This document shows positions 57,588-64,000 of a stretch of 64,000 bases of DNA, in pieces. The notes beneath the pieces are model-generated. The model saw only the letters and a program-made list of their open reading frames with translations, was not told the origin of the DNA and made no database searches. The DNA is taken from NCBI GenBank assembly GCA_018711305.1, contig DVIL01000014.1:9996-73995 (forward strand), written 5' to 3'. Both the position numbers and the translations under genes were made by a program. The DNA is from Candidatus Coprenecus stercorigallinarum. Its GTDB lineage: Bacteria; Bacteroidota; Bacteroidia; Bacteroidales; UBA932. The stretch's first letter is position 1. Each line of letters starts with the position of its first letter.

Positions 57588-58163
57588 ATGAAAACTGACA
57601 ACAGAATCAGCCGCAGGACGGCATTGAAACGGATGGGAATGGCTGCGCTCGGCGGTGCGGCCGTCGCCTCAGGCCTGGTGCAGCTCACTTCGTGCGACGC
57701 TCCGAAAGCCAGGCGCATCATCCTCTATTTCACCGGGACAGGCAACTGCCTGTATGTCGCCAGAGAGCTGGCGGATGAGAGCACCGAGCTGCTCAGCATT
57801 CCGCAACTGGTGAAGAAGGGACGCTATACGCTTGAGGCGTACGAAATCGGCATCGTCTATCCCGTCTACGGGCACATGCCGCCCAATATGGTGCGGGAGT
57901 TCATCGGGAAGGCGCACCTGAAGGCCGGATACAAGTTCGCCGTCCTGACCTACGGCAACCGCAAATGCAGCTCCGTAGAGATATGGGACGACGTCTCCCG
58001 GAAGGCGGGGTGCCCCTTCGACTACATCACCACGATGATAATGGTGGACAACTGGCTGCCCAACTTCGACATGAACGAGCAGATAAAGGAGGTGAACCCC
58101 AACGCCCGCTACCGCAACGAGCATGTGTCGCTGTGGAGCATCAAGGAGTCCAACCGGCAATAA
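57588..58163 (+). CDS. flavodoxin-like (EFR1-family N-terminal domain) protein with twin-arginine signal and lipobox
   Basis: SRRTALKRMG...LTSC leader, then ILYFTGTGNCLYVAREL flavodoxin-like opening. No C-terminal 4Fe-4S motifs. Confidence 0.55.
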   Translation: MKTDNRISRRTALKRMGMAALGGAAVASGLVQLTSCDAPKARRIILYFTGTGNCLYVARELADESTELLSIPQLVKKGRYTLEAYEIGIVYPVYGHMPPNMVREFIGKAHLKAGYKFAVLTYGNRKCSSVEIWDDVSRKAGCPFDYITTMIMVDNWLPNFDMNEQIKEVNPNARYRNEHVSLWSIKESNRQ

Positions 58164-58185
58164 TCCGACTAAAAACAATAAGAGT

Positions 58186-59136
58186 ATGAAATCATTTACA
58201 AGACTTATGATGATGGCCGCCCTGGTCCTGTGCGGCAGTATAAGTGCTTCCAGTGCACAAGAGAAAACGACCGTGGCGGGCGTGCCTATGGTCAAGTTGA
58301 ACAACGGCGTGTGGATGCCCCGCTTCGGACTCGGCACTTTCCTGCAGCCATCCAACGATGTGTGCAGGCAGTCATGCCTTACAGCCCTGCGTGCCGGCTA
58401 CCGCCACATCGATACGGCGCATGCCTATTACGATGAGGAAGGTGTGGGCGAGGCAGTCAGGGAAAGCGGCATACCCCGTGAGGAAATCTGGATAACCAGC
58501 AAGCTCTGGCCTACGGAGTATGGCGAAGGCAAGACGCTGAAAGCCATCGATGAGATGCTGGAGAGGATGCAGCTGGACTATATCGACCTGCTCTACGTCC
58601 ACCAGCCTGTCGGCGACTTCGTGGGCGCCTGGAAAGACATGGAGAAGGCAGTGAGGATGGGTAAGGTGCGCGCCCTAGGTATCAGCAACTTCGATGCAAA
58701 CGATGAGGTGTGGGACACGATTATGGAAGAAGCGGAAATCAAGCCCGCCGTCCTGCAGATAGAGTGTCATCCTTATGCCCAGCGTCTGGAAATGCGCAAG
58801 AAAGCCGCAGCAGAGGGTATCCAGGTGGAATGCTGGTTCCCTTTGGGAGGGGCAATGTCGGACGGTGCGCTGCTCAAAGACCCAGTGATCATGAAAATAG
58901 CCGAGGCCCATGGCAAGACTCCTGCACAGGTCATCCTGCGCTGGCACATCCAGGAAGGTTTCTCCGTCATCCCCGGTGCTTCTAATCCTGACTACATCAA
59001 GGAGAACATCCGGATCTTCGACTTCGCCCTGACCGACGGGGAGATGGAGCAGATGCGCTCGCTCAACAAGGAACAGCGCTTCTTCAACGCCACCTTGGAG
59101 GATGTGGAGAAGATGGTCTGGGGTGCGGAGCTGTAG
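58186..59136 (+). CDS. aldo/keto reductase with N-terminal signal peptide
   Basis: Signal peptide, then GYRHIDTAHAY, LWPT, LDYIDLLYVHQP and IPGASNPDYIKEN AKR motifs. Confidence 0.88.
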   Translation: MKSFTRLMMMAALVLCGSISASSAQEKTTVAGVPMVKLNNGVWMPRFGLGTFLQPSNDVCRQSCLTALRAGYRHIDTAHAYYDEEGVGEAVRESGIPREEIWITSKLWPTEYGEGKTLKAIDEMLERMQLDYIDLLYVHQPVGDFVGAWKDMEKAVRMGKVRALGISNFDANDEVWDTIMEEAEIKPAVLQIECHPYAQRLEMRKKAAAEGIQVECWFPLGGAMSDGALLKDPVIMKIAEAHGKTPAQVILRWHIQEGFSVIPGASNPDYIKENIRIFDFALTDGEMEQMRSLNKEQRFFNATLEDVEKMVWGAEL

Positions 59137-59151
59137 ACCGGCAGCCGCCGG

Positions 59152-59970
59152 TTACCACCCTGCCAAAGGAATCTTGTGTTTGGGAGCCGGAAATGCCTTG
59201 TCGATCTCGTGCAGGTCTTCCTCTGTCAGAGAAATGTCAAGGCTTCCGGCATTTTCCTCTACATGAGCGGCGCTACTTGCCTTAGGGATGGCGATGACAT
59301 TCTGCGTCCGCATCACCCATGCCAGCATGATCTGCGTGGGAGTGGCATTATGTCTGCGGGCTATCTCTGTCAACGTCCTGTGGCCCCGCAGCCGTCCTTC
59401 GCCAAGAGGAGTGTAGGCCATGACAGGAATTTTATGCTCCTCGCTCCACGGGATAAGGTCATATTCTATGCCGCGGTCTTTCAGGTTGTAGAGCACCTGG
59501 TTGGCCGCACATTCTCCGCCATGCGGCAAGGTAAGAATATGCTCCATGTCCGCCACATCGAGGTTGCTCATGCCCCATTGCAGGATTTTCCCTTCCTGCT
59601 GCAGCTCTGCCAAGGCGCGGACTGTCTCGGCGAACGGGTAACGTCCGATCCAGTGCAGCAGATAAAGGTCGATGTAATCCGTGCCGAGCCGCATAAGGCT
59701 TCGTTCGCAGGCGCGTTTTGTCCCCTCATAACTGGCGTTGCCGGGCAACACCTTGCTGACGATGAAGGCCTTGTCGCGGCAATCGCGCACGGCTTCACCG
59801 ACAAGGTCTTCCGTACCGTACATTTCTGCGGTATCTATCAGTGTCAAGCCTAAGTCGATGCCACGGCGCAGGGCCTGTATCTCCTCGTTGCGCCGCCGTC
59901 CCATCTGGTAAGTGCCTTGTCCGAGCGGGCAGACCTGCCGCCCGTCCCGGAAAGAAATCAGTCGCTTCAT
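59152..59970 (-). CDS. aldo/keto reductase (cytoplasmic type)
   Basis: 272 aa. LIDTAEMYG, DYIDLYLLHW and AIPKASSAAHVEEN motifs. Confidence 0.88.
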   Translation of the reverse strand: MKRLISFRDGRQVCPLGQGTYQMGRRRNEEIQALRRGIDLGLTLIDTAEMYGTEDLVGEAVRDCRDKAFIVSKVLPGNASYEGTKRACERSLMRLGTDYIDLYLLHWIGRYPFAETVRALAELQQEGKILQWGMSNLDVADMEHILTLPHGGECAANQVLYNLKDRGIEYDLIPWSEEHKIPVMAYTPLGEGRLRGHRTLTEIARRHNATPTQIMLAWVMRTQNVIAIPKASSAAHVEENAGSLDISLTEEDLHEIDKAFPAPKHKIPLAGW

Positions 59971-60011
59971 TGTAATTGTATCTTTTTAGATTCGTGTACC
60001 GGTCACCCCTT

Positions 60012-60075
60012 CACTCCTTCGGAAAGAGTAGGGTTTCCCGGCATTTTCCGTACTCCTTTGGAAGGAGTCGGGTTT
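60012..60075. repeat. two tandem copies of the CACTCCTT-GG-AAGGAGT hairpin repeat
   Basis: CACTCCTTCGGAAAGAGTAGGGTTT (60012-60036) and TACTCCTTTGGAAGGAGTCGGGTTT (60051-60075). Related to 16416-16434. Confidence 0.6.
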
Positions 60076-61135
60076 ATTCCTGGACAAATGGCTTGAGCCC
60101 CTTCACGGCTTCGGCAGCGGTGATGCGTTTGCCTCCGTTGTCCAGATCTATGAGGATGTAGCGGTTGTTGCCCATGCCCAACTCTTTCATGTAGGAGAGC
60201 TGGCGCAGGCCGTGGCGGGTCTCGATACGTTCCACCAGATCGTGATGCTCTGCTTCGGTCATGGCGTATATCAGATCCACGCATGCCTGGTCGAGGGCAA
60301 GGATGTCGGTGGATGACAGGATGCCGACATTGGGTGTCACGACAGGGGCGGCGTTCACACCTTCACAGTCGCACGATACCGACATGTTGCGCATGACGTT
60401 CACGTATGTAATGTGTTTGCCGAAATAGTCCATGACTGCTTTCGTGGATTCGGTCATGCGCTCCATAAATTCTTCCTTGGCGATGTCCCACTGGTTGTCC
60501 TGTCCCGGCGTGGTGTGTATCCAGGCCTTGCCGATGCGGCCGTCAGCGCAGCCGATGCCGATGTTCTTGTTGCTGCCTCCGAAACCGCCCTGGGTATGTC
60601 CCTTGAAATGGGTCAGTACGACAAGTGAGTTGTAGTCGGTTATGTGGCTGCCCATAGACATTCTCTCAAACCATTTTCCGCCATGGACAGGCAAGGTCAA
60701 AGTGTCCTCCTCGTCCATGATGTCCACGGGGCAGAATGTCCATCCGTTCACTTCCAAAGTCTTGCGGTGCTGCTCCGTCGTGTACCGGTCGCCTGTATAG
60801 TAGGTGTTGGTTTCCACAATACTGGCTTCCGGCAGGTCTTTCTGAAGCAGGGCTTTCACCCATTCGCTCGGAATGATGTTCGGTCCGTTCTGCTCTCCGG
60901 TGTGCAGCTTCACCCCGACATTCCCTTCGATGTTCCCGCAAACCTGCTCGTATGCCTTGATAAGGCCCTCCGGACTAAGATTGCGTGTGAAATATACGAT
61001 GGATTCGTTGCCTGTGCGCTCCTCATAAGGCACATATTTGTTCCCGTCTTTCCCCGGTACGGGATTCGGTTGTGCGACAGCTGTCGCCCCAAAGGCAAAC
61101 AGACATGTCATTGCTATAATTGCTGTGCGTTTCAT
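60074..61135 (-). CDS. DUF362 domain-containing protein with signal peptide
   Basis: 353 aa. VVLTHFKGHTQGGFGGSNKNIGIGCA is the DUF362 core pattern. Has an N-terminal signal peptide. Confidence 0.7.
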   Translation of the reverse strand: MKRTAIIAMTCLFAFGATAVAQPNPVPGKDGNKYVPYEERTGNESIVYFTRNLSPEGLIKAYEQVCGNIEGNVGVKLHTGEQNGPNIIPSEWVKALLQKDLPEASIVETNTYYTGDRYTTEQHRKTLEVNGWTFCPVDIMDEEDTLTLPVHGGKWFERMSMGSHITDYNSLVVLTHFKGHTQGGFGGSNKNIGIGCADGRIGKAWIHTTPGQDNQWDIAKEEFMERMTESTKAVMDYFGKHITYVNVMRNMSVSCDCEGVNAAPVVTPNVGILSSTDILALDQACVDLIYAMTEAEHHDLVERIETRHGLRQLSYMKELGMGNNRYILIDLDNGGKRITAAEAVKGLKPFVQE

Positions 61136-61160
61136 GATTTTATATTATCTGTTCCGGATG

Positions 61161-61168
61161 CAAAAATA
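61161..61168 (-). promoter_or_regulatory. candidate -7 box (TATTTTTG) for the DUF362 gene
   Basis: Perfect TAnnTTTG on the minus strand, 26 nt upstream of ATG 61135. Confidence 0.45.
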
Positions 61169-61220
61169 GCAAATCTGACTATGACGGCGGATACCCGGAA
61201 GACGGATATGATTACCCCGG

Positions 61221-61420
61221 CTACGGATTTCTGCGAATGGACTGACGTAGCTGTTCCAGCGTTTCGCCGCTCCAGAAACCTTCGCCCACGGGAAAAATCA
61301 CCCGCCCCAGTCGCCGAAAGCCGGGCCGTTCATCACGTCGCTGATGCGGGTGGCTACATTTTTGCGGTTAGTTGCAAGGTCCGGATACGCTTCACATATC
61401 CACGGATTCTTATACCATAA
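61221..61420 (-). pseudogene. start-less, frameshifted coding remnant of unknown family
   Basis: ...KNPWICEAYPDLATNRKNVATRISDVMNGPAFGDWG, then a frame change to ...RVIFPVGEGFWSGETLEQLRQSIRRNP-stop. No start codon in frame. Confidence 0.35.
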
Positions 61421-61424
61421 TTTC

Positions 61425-61724
61425 TTACACTACTTCAATCCTCATCTTGCAATCCGGTTCGCCTTGCAAAATGGAATGGCAGAGTTTCACCTGAAAATCC
61501 CGCCCTTTCTCCGCGACCTCGCCTTTTACTTCCGGCAATCCGTTCGCCAGCTGAAAGAAAACATCCATGTCCCCTCCAGCATCCTCATAGAGTTTCCTAT
61601 AAATGGAAAGCGTGCTGCCGTCCACGCAGTTCTTGCTACATTCCGAAAAGAAAGCACTCCGCTGCTCCGGCGAGAGGCGGGCTATGCCTTTCTCAAATCC
61701 TTTGAACCAATCTGATAGTTCCAT
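61425..61724 (-). CDS. small Cys-containing hypothetical protein (99 aa)
   Basis: From ATG 61724: MELSDWFKGFEKGIARLSPEQRSAFFSECSKNCVDG...GEPDCKMRIEVV. 4-nt gap to the upstream gene. Confidence 0.5.
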   Translation of the reverse strand: MELSDWFKGFEKGIARLSPEQRSAFFSECSKNCVDGSTLSIYRKLYEDAGGDMDVFFQLANGLPEVKGEVAEKGRDFQVKLCHSILQGEPDCKMRIEVV

Positions 61725-61728
61725 AAAT

Positions 61729-62409
61729 TCAGATGTCGGAGTGAGAAAATTCGCCGTTAATCCAGAAGGTGGCTTCCTTGCCGACGAAGTGAAGAAGCAC
61801 ATAATTCGGGTCACCCGGTCCGCCGGGGAAATGATGAACGAACCAGTCCTGCCACATTTCCTTGCGGATGGCATCGTCCGTAATAACCTCTACTGTTCCG
61901 CGTAGGGCAACCCCGTCTCCGTAATGGTCATAACAAAGACCCGCCTTGTTGTTCGCCTTAAAATCATTGACCTTTACAGAGTCGGCACTTGTCGCCATCC
62001 ATACCTCATGAAAACCTTTTGCTCCAATCTTTGACATCTGCACAGGCCGGGGATAACCGTTGGCATCAATGGAAGCGACCGTCACGTTTTCGCATTGGGC
62101 AAGCAAATGGGTGGCTTTTTCCGCCAATGTCCGTTCATCTTTTTCTTTCCACCGTTTCAGACGCGGAAAGTACCGGAACATCTGTTCCTTGGCCTGTATA
62201 TGAGTCAGGTTGCATCCGGCCTGTGTGTTCCATTGATCTAAGAATTGCAGGCAGAACTCAATCATTTGCCCCATCGTGAAATCCTGGGTAAACGCACCGT
62301 TCTTGTAACAGTACATGCAATAATCCTCGCTGCGGCTTCCATCGGCATTGAGCCCTCTGTTCTCATCGTTCAGGGGCATGCCGCAACTTTGACAAAACTG
62401 TTGTTCCAT
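61729..62409 (-). CDS. zinc-ribbon domain fused to a pyridoxamine 5'-phosphate oxidase-like (FMN-binding split barrel) domain
   Basis: N-terminal CQSCGMPL...YCMYC zinc ribbon. C-terminal ...ASIDANGYPRPVQM...GVALRGTVEVITD PNPOx-like pattern. Confidence 0.6.
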   Translation of the reverse strand: MEQQFCQSCGMPLNDENRGLNADGSRSEDYCMYCYKNGAFTQDFTMGQMIEFCLQFLDQWNTQAGCNLTHIQAKEQMFRYFPRLKRWKEKDERTLAEKATHLLAQCENVTVASIDANGYPRPVQMSKIGAKGFHEVWMATSADSVKVNDFKANNKAGLCYDHYGDGVALRGTVEVITDDAIRKEMWQDWFVHHFPGGPGDPNYVLLHFVGKEATFWINGEFSHSDI

Positions 62410-62457
62410 ATGTATCCTGTTTGATGCTTGTCAGTTCCTTTATAGATAAAACGATCC

Positions 62458-63264
62458 TCAGCCCCGGTACTCAGTCGGGCTTACCCCCAGATGCTGCTGC
62501 ACGTAACGGCTGAAATAGGCGGGTGACGAGAAGGCGAACATGTCGGAAATGCTGACGAAGGTCAGGGACTTGTCGCGGAGCAGGCGGGAGATGTCGAGGA
62601 CGGTGTAGCGGTGTATCCAGTAGTTGGCGGCGTAACCGCTTATCTTGCGGGAGATTTCGGACAGGTATTTGGGAGTCACGCACAGCTTGTCGGCATACCA
62701 GTTCACTTCGCGGTGTCTGCGGTATGTCCCGTTCTCCAGCATGTTGAGGAATCGGCTCATGATGGCGGCGCTTTGCAGCGGGATGTTGTCTACTCCATAC
62801 AGATGGGAATGGAAGTCGAAGAAATCAATTATCAGCATCTGTATGGAGGCTATCAGCAGGTCCTTGCGGAAATGGTGACCGGTCTGCGCCAGCCGCGCTT
62901 CCACCATCTCGAAGTCCCGGCGGCACAGTTCCTGCTGTCCGGCGTCCAGTTTCATGATGGGATTGCGGAACAGAGCCAGCTGACCTTTCATGCCATAGTT
63001 ACTGAGCGGCGTCGAGAGCACGATGAATTCGGAGGTGACGTATATCACCTTCACCCGGAAATCGTCTGCCGGACGGATGCACTCCACTAACTTGCCTTTG
63101 CGGACAATCATCAGGTCACCCGCCTGCAGCTCGCGTTCCTCGCCATTGTATTTCAGCCTGCATGAACCGGCCAGACAAAGGGCGTGGGCCAGATAGTCGC
63201 TGTAGGCATCCGTTCCCAGTCCGTCAAGGGTGTCCTTTATGATAATATTTTCCTTGTCTGCCAT
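62458..63264 (-). CDS. AraC family transcriptional regulator
   Basis: 268 aa. C-terminal HTH ...FVSISDMFAFSSPAYFSRYVQQHLGVSPTEYR. Confidence 0.88.
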   Translation of the reverse strand: MADKENIIIKDTLDGLGTDAYSDYLAHALCLAGSCRLKYNGEERELQAGDLMIVRKGKLVECIRPADDFRVKVIYVTSEFIVLSTPLSNYGMKGQLALFRNPIMKLDAGQQELCRRDFEMVEARLAQTGHHFRKDLLIASIQMLIIDFFDFHSHLYGVDNIPLQSAAIMSRFLNMLENGTYRRHREVNWYADKLCVTPKYLSEISRKISGYAANYWIHRYTVLDISRLLRDKSLTFVSISDMFAFSSPAYFSRYVQQHLGVSPTEYRG

Positions 63265-63310
63265 AGCCAGCTCTTTTCTCTGCGAAGATACGCAGAAGCC
63301 GGGAGCAGAG

Positions 63311-63318
63311 CAAATTTA
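63311..63318 (-). promoter_or_regulatory. candidate -7 box (TAAATTTG) for the AraC gene
   Basis: Perfect TAnnTTTG on the minus strand, 47 nt upstream of ATG 63264. Confidence 0.4.
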
Positions 63319-63438
63319 TTTGCTCTATGCCTTGACGACCGGAAAAAGGAAAAAGGAAACCGCTTGCCTCTTGCGGCCGTTCGCTAAGGGCAAGCGGAAT
63401 AATGGGGATTTCGTAAGAGTGCAATATGAATGCAGCAA

Positions 63439-64000
63439 TCATTTCAAGAGCTTGCGCCCTCCTGTCAGATCTTCCAGAACTTGCATCTGCTGTATGGCGA
63501 TGCGGTTCAGGCGGATGAGCCGTTCCCGCTGGGGTATGCCCTCTTGTATGAACACCGCATTCAGGCTCTCCATGTTCGACAGGCATATCAGTTCGTTGAT
63601 GGAAGCATAGTCGCGGATGTTGCCTTTCAGGTCGGGATGCTTGTCGCGCCAATCCAAGGCGGTCATTCCGAAGAGTGCCATGTTCAGCACATCGGCTTCG
63701 TTGGCATAAATGCGTGAGGCTTGTGCCGGGGTTATCTCCTGCGGGATGAGGTTATGCTTGATGGCATCGGTGTGGATGCGGTAGTTGATTTTCGACAGTT
63801 CCCGCTTTGCGTTCCAGCCTATCTGTGCCTGTTCCTGCTCTTTCAGCCGTTGGAACTCTTCTATCAGATAGAGCTTGAAAGGAACGCTGATGGCAGTGCC
63901 AAACTCGAAAGCGATGTCTTTATAGGCGTATGTACCGCCATACCGTCCTTTCCTGACCACGATGCCAATGGCATTGGTGCTATCTATCCATTCGGATGCA
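63439..64000 (-). CDS. KilA-N domain-containing protein (5' end outside window)
   Basis: ...TNAIGIVVRKGRYGGTYAYKDIAFEFGTAISVPFKLYLIEEFQRLK. The frame stays open to the window edge. Confidence 0.75.
   Translation of the reverse strand, partial: ASEWIDSTNAIGIVVRKGRYGGTYAYKDIAFEFGTAISVPFKLYLIEEFQRLKEQEQAQIGWNAKRELSKINYRIHTDAIKHNLIPQEITPAQASRIYANEADVLNMALFGMTALDWRDKHPDLKGNIRDYASINELICLSNMESLNAVFIQEGIPQRERLIRLNRIAIQQMQVLEDLTGGRKLLK

Noticed and set aside
63439-64000. KilA-N gene as evidence of a prophage or integrative element at the window end
   Set aside because: It is a single partial gene. No integrase, att-like repeat or phage structural gene is visible inside the window, so this cannot be judged from here.

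Overview
This 64-kb segment looks like a Bacteroidales (Bacteroidota) chromosome: mid-50s percent GC by eye, TAnnTTTG -7 promoter boxes, a TonB-dependent receptor, an Rnf complex and atpDC-atpBEFHAG gene order. Most of it is housekeeping. In order: dnaB 3' end, DUF3108, rseC-like plus rnfBCDGEA, a TrmH-family methylase, glyA, thiD, lgt, trxB, a UPF0597 protein and a 1091-aa tricorn-like S41 protease. Then a TonB receptor / lipoprotein / acid-phosphatase-like operon, smpB, the complete F-type ATP synthase operon, DJ-1, an MFS pump, AraC, miaA, a ybaK-like gene and glsA. Then an IS200/RAYT-like Y1 transposase homolog, oxyR-prx-trx, a beta-propeller lipoprotein, an ATP-grasp protein, a HigB/HigA-like pair, a porin, a patch of decayed genes, pgeF and metX-thrA-metY-asd. 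The window ends with an AraC-bracketed oxidoreductase island and a partial KilA-N gene. I recognised no rRNA, tRNA, tmRNA or CRISPR array. I see no convincing novel multi-gene protein system; defence-like content is limited to one toxin-antitoxin pair and truncated Fic and AlbA_2-like genes. The unusual signals are non-coding. (1) A 26-codon leader ORF very rich in Met codons lies between a perfect promoter box and the Met/Thr biosynthesis operon, a candidate Met-sensing attenuator. (2) A family of gene-3'-end palindromes carries a conserved G-rich core (45 nt in the two best-matched copies) in the loop of long, perfect, locus-specific inverted repeats. (3) A second family of 40-nt REP-like hairpins shows compensatory stem changes, includes one REPIN-like inverted doublet, and has a copy next to the RAYT-like gene. 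(4) Two paralogous 176-nt modules carry three copies of a TTTAAC-N7-TTTAGTG motif at identical spacing. All functional calls rest on my reading of the translated ORFs and the sequence. No database search was run, and novelty claims need genome-wide and cross-genome searches.
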